Source: Candidatus Sumerlaeales bacterium
GTDB lineage: Bacteria; Sumerlaeota; Sumerlaeia; Sumerlaeales; Sumerlaeaceae
Direction: 5' to 3'
Length of the DNA: 36,941 nucleotides
Assembly: GCA_038243585.1 (NCBI GenBank)
Contig: JBBSQY010000033.1
Coordinates: forward strand, 1 to 36,941
Part shown: one piece after another, positions 28,517 through 36,941 of the stretch
How positions within the stretch are numbered: position 1 is the stretch's first letter
Layout: the number at the start of each line of letters is the position of its first letter
The notes under the pieces: model-generated
What the model saw: the letters and a program-made list of their open reading frames with translations, nothing else
Database searches by the model: none
What the model was told of the DNA's origin: nothing
Translations under genes and position numbers: made by a program

Positions 28517-28993
28517 TTATTTGCTTTCTTCCGCTTGAATTACTCCGCCGGGCGACTCATTAATCAACGCCCAGAAAATACCAAGTTGCCGAATGGCATT
28601 TGTAAATTGATCAAAATCCACCGGTTTTACGACGTAAGCATTTACCCCAAGATCATAGCTTTGCACCACGTCGCGCTCCTGGCGGCTGCTGGTAAACATT
28701 ACCACAGGAATGTTTTTTAACAGTGGATTTGATTTTATCGCTTCCAAAACCTGCAGCCCGTCAACCTTCGGCATTTTAATATCCAGCAATATGACCGCCG
28801 GCGGAACGCAGCCAATCCGGTGTTCATAATTCCCCTTGCAGAGCAGGTAATCCATGGCTTCGGCACCATCACGGACCACGTCTATCTCGTTTGCCAGATG
28901 AAACGATTCAAACGTAGCCAGAGCAAGTTCAAGGTCGTTTTCATTATCTTCGGCCAATAAGATTGATCCCAACGGCTTTTTTTTAATGTCCAA
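28517..28993 (-). CDS. Response regulator, Rcp1/CphR-like single receiver
   Basis: ILLAEDNEND, LLDIKMPKVDG, FTSS..E.D...SYDLGVNAYVVKPVDF, FW...NE.P. Confidence 0.93.
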   Translation of the reverse strand: MDIKKKPLGSILLAEDNENDLELALATFESFHLANEIDVVRDGAEAMDYLLCKGNYEHRIGCVPPAVILLDIKMPKVDGLQVLEAIKSNPLLKNIPVVMFTSSRQERDVVQSYDLGVNAYVVKPVDFDQFTNAIRQLGIFWALINESPGGVIQAEESK

Positions 28994-30542
28994 GTTGATT
29001 ACCCTCCCGAGGTAACGTGAAACTAAACTTCGCGCCCACGTCTATTTCTCCAAATGCCGTAACCGCGCCGCCGTGACGTTGGACGATTCGCCTGACTGTA
29101 GCAAGGCCTATTCCGGTGCCCTCAAACTCTTCGGCGCTATGAAGACGTTGGAACACACCGAACAGCTTGTCATGGTATTGCATATCGAAGCCGGAACCGT
29201 TATCGGAAACAATAATTTTCGTCATGTCCACCCCCGGTTGATCTTCTACTTCCACGATGATAATGGCCGATTCGCGAGTTCGGCTGTACTTCAGAGCATT
29301 GCTAAGTAAGTTTTGGAAAACCAGCCTGATAGTGCCGTTGTCCCCCAAGACCACCGGCAAAGGACTTATACGCCAGTCAACGTTTCGACCCTGCATCTCC
29401 GGGCCTAAATCTGTAAGGACATCAACAATAATTCTATTTAAGTCTACAGGATCAGATTTAAGCGAAGTGCGGCCCATTCGTGAAAAGGCCAGAAGGTCGT
29501 CGATGAGAACGCCCATCTGCTGGATGCTCGAAACGATAATGTTTAAGTAGCGCTGATTTTTGGCATCAAGGCTTTCGCTATTTTTAAGCATGAGTTCCGA
29601 AAACCCTGCAACATGGCGCAATGGAGCCCGCAGATCGTGGGACACGCTGTAGCTGAAGGCTTCCAGTTCCTGGTTAGCGCTCTGGGTTTCTGTCAGCTGG
29701 GCTTCCAGATTAATGTTCGCCTCAGACAGCTTCCCCTGTGCATCCCGCAGCGCTTCTTCACGGCTGAGCAGACTGGTTGTCATTACCTGCACGCTGTGGC
29801 CAAGTGAACCTATTTCATCCAGTCCTGAATCTTTCCACAGGGCCGGCTGCCCGCGAGAGACACGACTGGCATACTCCTCAAGATTCTTTACGCGCCTAAG
29901 TATGCCGGCGGACACAATATAAGATGCCGTCATGCCGCATAGCAGCGCAGCCAGCAAAAGAATGCCAAGCATAACGTTTATCTGTCCGCGGAGCCTGTCG
30001 TGCTTGCTGATCCGGGCAGACAAAAGGGCGTCTTCTTCTGTTGTCATGCTGTTTAAAATAGAGCGAACGTCCTCCATGGCCTGCTGGCTCTGCCGGGCCA
30101 CGGGAGGAATGGCTGAATCGGAAAAGTCGGGATTTTGCTTAAGAGAGTTCAGTGCGTCCAGTTTTAAAAATGCTTTGGCGCGAAGCTCCCTGATCCGGGA
30201 TGCTTGATTGCTATTATTCTGGACAAGTGCTCCCAGCCCGTCCAGCGCGGGACTAAGCTGAATTCGAGCTTCATTGTAAGGATCCAGATAAACGGGTTCT
30301 CGCCACAACAGGTATCCGCGCACGCCGGTTTCTGCATCAACGACGATTGACAACACCTCGAATATGGACGCCTTGACTCGAAGCGAGTGCTGAATTCGCT
30401 GCTGCGCCTCTTTCGACACCTTGTCATGCCATGCTCCAAGCCCTAATGTGACAAGCAAAATGAGTAATGGGATTGAGACAACGGCCAGCCCTTTTTTCCA
30501 AAGAGAAACATCGTCAATCGCCGCATTATATCTACTTAGCAT
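28983..30542 (-). CDS. Membrane sensor histidine kinase, CHASE3-HAMP-HisKA-HATPase (Cph1/BphP-type kinase core)
   Basis: Two TM helices flanking DAETGVRGYLL (CHASE3), DEIG.L (HAMP), ELEAFSYSVSHDLRAPLR, DNG.GFD, FQRLH, GTGIGLA. Confidence 0.93.
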   Translation of the reverse strand: MLSRYNAAIDDVSLWKKGLAVVSIPLLILLVTLGLGAWHDKVSKEAQQRIQHSLRVKASIFEVLSIVVDAETGVRGYLLWREPVYLDPYNEARIQLSPALDGLGALVQNNSNQASRIRELRAKAFLKLDALNSLKQNPDFSDSAIPPVARQSQQAMEDVRSILNSMTTEEDALLSARISKHDRLRGQINVMLGILLLAALLCGMTASYIVSAGILRRVKNLEEYASRVSRGQPALWKDSGLDEIGSLGHSVQVMTTSLLSREEALRDAQGKLSEANINLEAQLTETQSANQELEAFSYSVSHDLRAPLRHVAGFSELMLKNSESLDAKNQRYLNIIVSSIQQMGVLIDDLLAFSRMGRTSLKSDPVDLNRIIVDVLTDLGPEMQGRNVDWRISPLPVVLGDNGTIRLVFQNLLSNALKYSRTRESAIIIVEVEDQPGVDMTKIIVSDNGSGFDMQYHDKLFGVFQRLHSAEEFEGTGIGLATVRRIVQRHGGAVTAFGEIDVGAKFSFTLPREGNQLGH

Positions 30543-30564
30543 ACGGAGTCGCTGCGGCTCTGCA

Positions 30565-31200
30565 TCAAATACTTTCTCCGGATCCTGTACCGGTGTCTTT
30601 CCAGCGCAAGTTGCTGTCGCCTTCGATTTGCAAGGCGTCCATCATCTTTAGCACAAGATGATTCAACAGATCGTCCAGCGTTTTTGGCCTGACGTAGAAC
30701 CCTGGCATGGCAGGTAATACAACGGCACCGGCTTCGGTGACGGCGACCATGTTTTTAAGATGAATGAGGCTGAGAGGCGTTTCTCTCGGAACCAAAACCA
30801 GTCGCCGTCGTTCTTTCAGACAGGCGTCAGCAGCGCGGGTAATTAGCGAGCCGCCGGTGCCCGTGGCAATATTGGCGAGAGTTTTCATGCTACACGGACA
30901 AATAATCATACCACGATGGCGGAATGACCCGCTGGCCGGGCCTGCAGCCAGATCTCTTTCGTCATACAAAATTATCTGTTCAGGCTCAACAGCGTGACCC
31001 AGGTAAAAGGACGCGTCGAACTGATTTCCTTCGAACGTCAGTGCCATCTCTTCCCGCATAACCAGCAGCGCGGCCTGGCTTACCAGCAGATGCACCTGGA
31101 GATTCGCCTTTAGCAGAGCGCCTAGCAGTGCCCGCGCATACGGGGCGCCGCTGGCCCCGGTTATGGCCATGACTACTCGGTCTGTGGGTTTCGCGTTCAC
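30565..31200 (-). CDS. ubiX: Flavin prenyltransferase UbiX
   Basis: AITGASGA.Y, ASGS, PCSMKTLA, RAAD..LKERR.LVLVPRETP, PAMPGFY. Confidence 0.95.
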   Translation of the reverse strand: MNAKPTDRVVMAITGASGAPYARALLGALLKANLQVHLLVSQAALLVMREEMALTFEGNQFDASFYLGHAVEPEQIILYDERDLAAGPASGSFRHRGMIICPCSMKTLANIATGTGGSLITRAADACLKERRRLVLVPRETPLSLIHLKNMVAVTEAGAVVLPAMPGFYVRPKTLDDLLNHLVLKMMDALQIEGDSNLRWKDTGTGSGESI

Positions 31201-31297
31201 AATTCACAAGTAACACGCCAGAGCGATAAAATGTTTTTTGAATCATTCTGAAAGTTGCATGAAACGAATGACTGGCAAAATCATATATGCCGTTTTA

Positions 31298-32836
31298 ATG
31301 GACACGAACGACGATGGCATAGTTTATCTTGTGGGCGCGGGGCCGGGCGATGCCGGGCTAATAACTGTGCGCGGCGCGGACTGTCTGCGCCGGGCCGACG
31401 TTGTCGTGTATGATAACCTCGCAAATCCTGAGTTACTCCGCTACGCTCCGGCTACCGCTGAACTTATATACGCGGGAAAAATTGCCGATCTGCACACGAA
31501 GAGTCAGGCGGAAATAAACGAAATTTTGGCAGATAGAGCGCGGCGTGGGCTGACGGTGGTGCGGCTTAAGGGCGGCGATCCGTTTTTGTATGGCCGTGGC
31601 GGCGAAGAAGCGGCGTGGCTGGTTGGCCTTGGTATCCGGTGGCAAGTGGTGCCGGGCATTTCATCCGCCATCGCAGTACCGGCATACGCAGGAATTCCTG
31701 TGACTCACCGCACCATGACCGGCTCGGTTCATGTGGTGACCGGCCATGAAAACATGGAGGGCGTAGGCCCCGACGTGGACTGGTCCCTACTGGCGAAAGC
31801 CCGCGGGACAATTGTGGTACTTATGGGCGTAAAAAATCTGGCAGTGATCGCCCGGCGACTTATTGAGCACGGCCTGTCCGGAGCCACGCCTGCGGCCATG
31901 ATAAGGTCAGGAAGTCTGGCGGAGCAGGAGACTCTGGTCTCGCGTCTGGACAAAATTGCTGAGGATGTGGCCACCACCGGATTGAAGCCCCCGGCGGTTT
32001 GCGTTATTGGAGAAGTCGTCGATCTACGGGAAACCCTGGCCTGGGCAGAGCAGCGCCCGCTATCCGGAATGCGCATCGCCGTAACGCGGCCGTCGGATGA
32101 GAACGACAGCCTTGCCGGAGCACTCGATACGTTGGGCGCGGAGGTGGTACGAACCCCAACGCTTATGATCGTTCCAAGAAGCCTGGATGTGAGTAGCAGG
32201 CAGACCTTTGAACGGCTTGGGGCGGGAGACTTCGACTGGGTCGTGTTGACCAGCGCCAATGGAGCGCGTTTATTTGCCAGATTATTAGCCGATGAAAACA
32301 AGGACGCGCGCTGGCTGGCAGGGCGCAGGCTGGCAGCCATCGGCGCGCGGACAGCGGAGGCCATGCGTGCCCACGGACTAATGGCTGATGTGGTCGTGGC
32401 TGATTCCCGCCAGGAAGGGATGGCGGACGCCCTGTTGGCAGAACAGCCCGGGAGCGTCTTGATTGCCAGGGCTGCCCAGGCCCGACCTGTGCTGGAGGAT
32501 CGCCTGAACAAGGCAGGTGTGCAGACGGCGGTGTTGCCGTTATATGATGCAACGCCCGATCCCGTGGGGATAAACCGGCTTAAAGATTTGTTGGGACGGG
32601 AGAAGATCCATGCTGTCACATTCACGTCCGCTCGCACCTTCGAGGCCCTCGCGGAATCTGCGGCGGCAAGCGACATGGCCATTATAGAATTGCTCGGCAG
32701 CTGTGCTATCGCAGTCATTGGCCCTGTTACCCGCGCCGCGGTGGAGCAGGCTGGCGTAGCGGTAGCCATAGAATCCGACGTCGCCGACATGAAAGCTTTG
32801 GCGCAAGCCTTAGGCCGGTGGAACCAATTAAGCTAG
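31298..32836 (+). CDS. cobA: Uroporphyrinogen-III C-methyltransferase / uroporphyrinogen-III synthase fusion (CobA-HemD)
   Basis: VYLVGAGPGD.GLIT, RLKGGDP..YGRGGEE, VPGISS, then the HemD part VTRP...TSANG...AIG..TA...FTS...IGPVT. Confidence 0.95.
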   Translation: MDTNDDGIVYLVGAGPGDAGLITVRGADCLRRADVVVYDNLANPELLRYAPATAELIYAGKIADLHTKSQAEINEILADRARRGLTVVRLKGGDPFLYGRGGEEAAWLVGLGIRWQVVPGISSAIAVPAYAGIPVTHRTMTGSVHVVTGHENMEGVGPDVDWSLLAKARGTIVVLMGVKNLAVIARRLIEHGLSGATPAAMIRSGSLAEQETLVSRLDKIAEDVATTGLKPPAVCVIGEVVDLRETLAWAEQRPLSGMRIAVTRPSDENDSLAGALDTLGAEVVRTPTLMIVPRSLDVSSRQTFERLGAGDFDWVVLTSANGARLFARLLADENKDARWLAGRRLAAIGARTAEAMRAHGLMADVVVADSRQEGMADALLAEQPGSVLIARAAQARPVLEDRLNKAGVQTAVLPLYDATPDPVGINRLKDLLGREKIHAVTFTSARTFEALAESAAASDMAIIELLGSCAIAVIGPVTRAAVEQAGVAVAIESDVADMKALAQALGRWNQLS

Positions 32837-32917
32837 GGATGGCTCGCCGAGCGGTCCGAAAAACTGAACTAATTCTTTAGCCTTTGCGTTTCGGACGGCT
32901 CGGCGAGCCATCCCTAC
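32833..32917. repeat. REP-like family B inverted pair
   Basis: CTAGGGATGGCTCGCCGAGCGGTCCG (32833-32858, overlapping the cobA-hemD TAG) and CGGACGGCTCGGCGAGCCATCCCTAC ending at 32917. Same unit as 11171/11224. Confidence 0.8.
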
Positions 32918-33112
32918 CCGAAACTGCGCGAACTTTCTAATACTACGGAGGCGCTGATCGCAGTTACACCGTGTCGGTTCCTCACTTTGAAGTGAATGCC
33001 TGTGCCCCCGGCGGGTTATTCTTTCGTGGTTTCGGGTGTGGATGCTCACACCCATATCCGCCGGTTCCGGTCGTTGTTGTGGCCGGTCTCAACTTGCTGG
33101 AAGGAGGCTTGA

Positions 33113-33199
33113 ATGGGAAGCGTTATTAAAAAGCGGCGTAAAAAAATCCGCAAGCATAAGTATAAAAAGCTTCGCAAAAAGATGCGCCATCGTAAGTAG
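33113..33199 (+). CDS. Small basic ribosomal protein bS22/mS38-like (AURKAIP1/COX24, DUF1713 family), 28 aa
   Basis: Below the ORF-track cutoff: MGSVIKKRRKKIRKHKYKKLRKKMRHRK, with a perfect AAGGAGG SD at 33101-33107. Confidence 0.92.
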   Translation: MGSVIKKRRKKIRKHKYKKLRKKMRHRK

Positions 33200-33386
33200 T
33201 ACCGTTTCCTGATCTGTAGCCTGATCCTATGGCCTTTGTCATAGTATCGGTCGCCGCCAGGATTCGAGTTACTTACTCGCTTTCTTAATCAGGCCTTGTA
33301 TTGTACAGTGCCGGGGATGCTTTTTTAGGGTTGCTTCTTTTCAACCCTTGACAGCGCCGCGATAATTGCGAACACACCTGAGGCTT

Positions 33387-34283
33387 GTGAAGCTCATTAG
33401 CCAAAGAAAATTATGGGGGCTGGCATTTGCCGCCCCCAGTCTTATTTTATTTCTCGTATTTACGCTGATTCCCGTCGCCGGCGCAATGATGCTGGCGTTT
33501 CAGGATTATCAGGCAGGACGAGGGATCTGGCATAGCCCGTGGGTTGGACTGGACAATTTTCGCGACTTGTTTTTCAATCCTGTGTTCAACGAAGATTTCC
33601 GGGTTGCGCTTCAAAACACCGCCGTAATCACCCTTGTGCTTGTGCCGGTCAACATTATCATCGCTCTTACGGTCGCAGGTCTCATCTATCCGCTGAATTC
33701 CCGCGCTCAGGGCTTTTTCAAAGCGGCCTTCTACCTACCCGGTATTGTAAGCGCCGTCGTGCTGGCCATGGTCTGGCAGTGGATGTTTACTGAGCACAAC
33801 GGGCTTATCAATCTTACGCTTCGCGCTTTTGGTGGCGAAGGCGTGGGATGGTTCAGTGACCGCTGGAACGCCGTTTGGACGATCATCATTAGCTCCCTGC
33901 CTTATGCTCCCGGCGCCGGCATCATCCTTTACGTAGCGGCGCTGGCGCGCATCCCCCCTGAGCTGACCGAGTCTGCGGATATCGATGGCGCAAGCGTTTT
34001 CCAAAAATGGCAGCACATCATACTTCCGCTTTTGCGCCCCACCACCCTCTATCTGGTTGTTATCAGCACCATCGAAAGTTTTAAGGTATTTACCCCGGTT
34101 TATGTAATGACTCAGGCGCGCCCCGCGAATCAGTCGACCTCTCTTGTATATGAAATATATCAGAATGCTTTCAGCGCGGGCGAATTCGGACTTGCGGCGG
34201 CGGAGGCGATGGTACTGTTTGTAATAACTGTTGTATTCGCGCTAATCCAGTTTCGGGTTTTGCGCGGTGGAGAGGAAATGTAA
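33387..34283 (+). CDS. Carbohydrate ABC transporter permease (UgpA/MalF-like)
   Basis: WVGLDNF, FYLP..VS.V, GLIN..L, IP.EL.ESA.IDGAS.FQ...I.LPLLRP, G.AAA. Likely GTG start at 33387 with GAGG SD. Confidence 0.92.
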   Translation: MKLISQRKLWGLAFAAPSLILFLVFTLIPVAGAMMLAFQDYQAGRGIWHSPWVGLDNFRDLFFNPVFNEDFRVALQNTAVITLVLVPVNIIIALTVAGLIYPLNSRAQGFFKAAFYLPGIVSAVVLAMVWQWMFTEHNGLINLTLRAFGGEGVGWFSDRWNAVWTIIISSLPYAPGAGIILYVAALARIPPELTESADIDGASVFQKWQHIILPLLRPTTLYLVVISTIESFKVFTPVYVMTQARPANQSTSLVYEIYQNAFSAGEFGLAAAEAMVLFVITVVFALIQFRVLRGGEEM

Positions 34284-34348
34284 ATGTTTGAACTTCGAAA
34301 AAATCTCAAAGACGCTACGATTGAAGTAACCGGGGGCAATGCAAAGCC

Positions 34349-35503
34349 GTGAAAAAGACACTTTTTGTCCTTTTTGCCCTGGCTTTAGTGGTCGCTTCAC
34401 TAGCGGGCGGAGCCGCGTTTCTTTTAAGGCAGAAACACCTGGTAGAACTCAATCGGCTGGCCAGCCAGGCAGAAGATCGGCTCAATTCGAAATCCTATGA
34501 TCAGGCTATCTCCATGCTGAGAAAGGTGGAAGCGGACGGCGGAACTGATCGCTCTTCCTACCTCCTTGGACGCTCCTTCAGCCAGCAGGGGAAAAATGAC
34601 GACGCAAAGCGATACTATAACGCGCTGTTATCTAAATACCCCAATAGCCCTCTGGTTCCTGATGCCCGTCTCGCCCTCGCCCGTTTCGACATCGAAGCGA
34701 AAAAAGACCTGGTATCCGCTCAAAATCAATTGCTCCAAATCCTTTCCAAGTCTCCAAAAACCCCGGCTGCGGATCATGCCTTGGTGTTGCTGGCGGAAAT
34801 CAGCCTTCAAAAGAAGGATGAAACGCAGGCCCGCAAAAACCTGGAAATTGTTTTGCGCAAAAAGAACTCCCCGGCTCGAGGTGAGGCCGAATTCCTGATT
34901 GGCGACCTCAACATGAAACGCCTGAAATCTCCTGAGCCGGCACCTGGCGATGAGGTATACACCATCCAGCGCGGTGACACACTTTGGGTCATGGCGAAGA
35001 AACTGAAAGTCCCCCAGGATCTGCTGATCGGCATTAATGACCTCAGCCCAAAATCTCTTACGGTAGGGCAGCAGATTCGGATTCCGCGCCTGAGCATTTC
35101 CCTGGTCGTTGACAAGCCAGCACGTACCGTTACAATATTGAACAATAACGAGTTTTTAAAAAAGTACAAAATCGCCATAAATCAAAACGACAAGGTGCTG
35201 CCGGCAGGCAATTACTCTGTCGTTAAAAAAGAAGACAAAGGGATTGCTTATGCAGATCCTGAGACGAACGAAACCATTAAAGCCGGCGCGCCGGGCAACC
35301 CCTACGGCGATAAATATATTGAAATGCGGCGTGGCACTGGCATTCATGGGACAAACGATCCCGAGAAAATTGGAAAGCTTGTAAGCACCGGGGCCATACT
35401 CATGTCGAATCAGGACATTGATGAAGTGTATGCGCTGGTGCAAATCAAAACGCCAGTCGTCGTAAAAGGCAGTGTAGATCCGGAGAAAACCCCTGGCATC
35501 TGA
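34349..35503 (+). CDS. Membrane-anchored TPR + LysM + L,D-transpeptidase (YkuD)-like protein lacking the catalytic Cys
   Basis: N-terminal TM, TPR helices ([11 protein letters not shown]), LysM ([11 protein letters not shown]...L...N.L....L.VGQQIRIP), and YkuD (GNPYG...[10 protein letters not shown]...STGA). Confidence 0.88.
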   Translation: MKKTLFVLFALALVVASLAGGAAFLLRQKHLVELNRLASQAEDRLNSKSYDQAISMLRKVEADGGTDRSSYLLGRSFSQQGKNDDAKRYYNALLSKYPNSPLVPDARLALARFDIEAKKDLVSAQNQLLQILSKSPKTPAADHALVLLAEISLQKKDETQARKNLEIVLRKKNSPARGEAEFLIGDLNMKRLKSPEPAPGDEVYTIQRGDTLWVMAKKLKVPQDLLIGINDLSPKSLTVGQQIRIPRLSISLVVDKPARTVTILNNNEFLKKYKIAINQNDKVLPAGNYSVVKKEDKGIAYADPETNETIKAGAPGNPYGDKYIEMRRGTGIHGTNDPEKIGKLVSTGAILMSNQDIDEVYALVQIKTPVVVKGSVDPEKTPGI

Positions 35504-35504
35504 T

Positions 35505-36440
35505 ATGAAGTTAACGAGGAAGCAAATGCCTGAGGGAGATACGAATTCCATGATCGAAACGCCGCCGGAGCCAATGCTGAAACTTGGCTTACCCAAGGGA
35601 AGCCTGCAGGAAGCCACATTTTCTCTGTTCCGAAAAGCAGGGTATAATTTTGCCGTGAACTCTCGCAGCTATTCGGCAAGCTGCGACGATCCGGAGATCA
35701 ATGCCCTCCTGATCAGGGCGCAGGAAATGAGCCGTTACGTCCAAGACGGTATTTTTGATGTAGGACTAACCGGTCTCGACTGGATACAGGAAAATCGTTC
35801 ATCGGTAGTTGAAGTCGCCGACCTCGTTTATGCAAAAGCGAGCATGCGGCCCGTCCGGTGGGTGTTGGCTGTGCCGGAATCCAGCCCGTTCAAGACCGTA
35901 CAAGACTTGCAGGGAAAGCGCATCGCGACGGAAGTGGTCAATCTGACGAACGACTACCTTGCGCGGCATGGCGTGAAAGCCGACGTGGAATTTTCATGGG
36001 GCGCAACCGAGGCAAAAGCGCCGGATTTAGTTGATGCTATCGTGGAAGTGACCGAGACGGGCAGCAGCCTGAGGGCGAACAAATACCGCATTATTGACAC
36101 GGTTTTGGAAAGCTGGACTAAGCTGATCGCCAATCCGGAAGCCATGAAAGACCCATGGAAGCGGGATCGAATTGAAAATATGGCCGTGTTGCTGGACGCC
36201 GCCATACAGGCTGAAGGCCGGGTGGGTCTGAAAATGAACATCGAACGCTCGAAGCTGGAACAGGTGATGAAAGTTCTACCCAGCATTACCTCGCCCACCG
36301 TCTCCAGTTTAATGGACGAAAGCTGGGTGGCTTTGGAAGTGATCTTGCAGGAATCTCTGGTCAAACGCTTGATCCCGGACCTCAAAAGAGCCGGGGCCGC
36401 GGGAATCATTGAGTATCCCCTTAACAAGATAATTTACTAA
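35505..36440 (+). CDS. hisG: ATP phosphoribosyltransferase, long form
   Basis: [39 protein letters not shown], and C-terminal regulatory domain (SPTVS.L...K.AGA.GI). Start may be 35550 or 35574. Confidence 0.96.
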   Translation: MKLTRKQMPEGDTNSMIETPPEPMLKLGLPKGSLQEATFSLFRKAGYNFAVNSRSYSASCDDPEINALLIRAQEMSRYVQDGIFDVGLTGLDWIQENRSSVVEVADLVYAKASMRPVRWVLAVPESSPFKTVQDLQGKRIATEVVNLTNDYLARHGVKADVEFSWGATEAKAPDLVDAIVEVTETGSSLRANKYRIIDTVLESWTKLIANPEAMKDPWKRDRIENMAVLLDAAIQAEGRVGLKMNIERSKLEQVMKVLPSITSPTVSSLMDESWVALEVILQESLVKRLIPDLKRAGAAGIIEYPLNKIIY

Positions 36441-36705
36441 ATAACAGCGTTTTCACGCTTTTAAAATTTTAAACTATCGACGTTTCGAAGTGCGTTATGA
36501 GCAGATAATTTGCCGTGGCCATTAGCAGACCCACGCCCAATCAGCTTGATGCGTGTCGCACTAATTTAATTCCAAAACCTCTTGCACTTTATGTTTCCAT
36601 GACGGCACGGTCTGGTTGACTTGACGTTTTGCAAATTGTTCAATCGCTTGCTGTTACGAGCCATTTGCTACTCGTCATGTTGAACATATTTTATTAGAGG
36701 GCACC

Positions 36706-36941
36706 ATGACATATTTTCCTTTTGAATCCTGGCGAGCAAACCTGTACTCAGGTCTTATTGCAGCCATATTTGCTTTACCTGCCATGGGGATTGCGCAAGG
36801 TCCGTTGACCACTGTGCTGGCGGATTTCGAATCTAATGGTGGCGCTGTTGCTGTTACCACGGGCAACTCCCATGCCTCCGGCAACTCGAACTCAGTCGCA
36901 ACTATGGCAACAGAAACCGGCAGTGGCCGCTTAGTGATTAC
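36706..36941 (+). CDS. Secreted hypothetical protein, N-terminal fragment; runs off the right edge
   Basis: Not in the ORF track: MTYFPFESWRANLYSGLIAAIFALPAMGIAQGPLTTVLADFESNGG..., with AGAGGG SD and a signal peptide. The frame is open to the window end. Confidence 0.7.
   Translation, partial: MTYFPFESWRANLYSGLIAAIFALPAMGIAQGPLTTVLADFESNGGAVAVTTGNSHASGNSNSVATMATETGSGRLVI

Noticed and set aside
28983..30542. Bacteriophytochrome using biliverdin from the heme oxygenase
   Set aside because: The kinase core and Rcp1-like partner are phytochrome-type, but the sensor is a periplasmic CHASE3 with no PAS-GAF-PHY module.
31729..32790. 353-aa antisense ORF (also 23372..24253, 14400..15095, 17145..17687)
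   Set aside because: Shadow ORFs opposite well-supported genes, as expected from GC-rich codon bias.
36446..36462. Terminator after hisG (AGCGT-TTTC-ACGCT-TTT)
   Set aside because: The stem is only 5 bp with a short U-tract, too weak to call.

Overview
Bacterial chromosomal window of about 30 genes with no mobile element, CRISPR array, rRNA or tRNA. The pilin style and protein C-termini suggest Candidatus Sumerlaeota (BRC1) or a relative; this is an inference. The left part carries a truncated sulfatase missed by the ORF track, two Pro/Tyr-rich exported proteins, and a CE4 deacetylase + GT4 pair. Next comes the most interesting locus (5.3-10.8 kb, minus strand): type IV pilin/pseudopilin -> secreted unknown protein -> MFS transporter -> heme oxygenase, with a candidate Fur box upstream. 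It is followed by a cobalamin riboswitch in front of another secreted unknown protein. No TonB-dependent receptor is present in the window, so this may be a pilin-dependent tetrapyrrole (heme/B12) scavenging system. Three unrelated secreted proteins share a C-terminal S-x-[AV]-x-[GND]-W-[EDN]-L-[YF] tail, a candidate sorting signal. The rest is largely housekeeping or signalling: xseB, an Old Yellow Enzyme, peptide ABC components, an amidohydrolase, two-component modules, glnD, glucose dehydrogenase + cyclase, ubiX, cobA-hemD, a 28-aa bS22-like ribosomal protein, an L,D-transpeptidase homologue lacking its catalytic Cys, and hisG. Three families of GTAG-type REP-like palindromes sit between genes.
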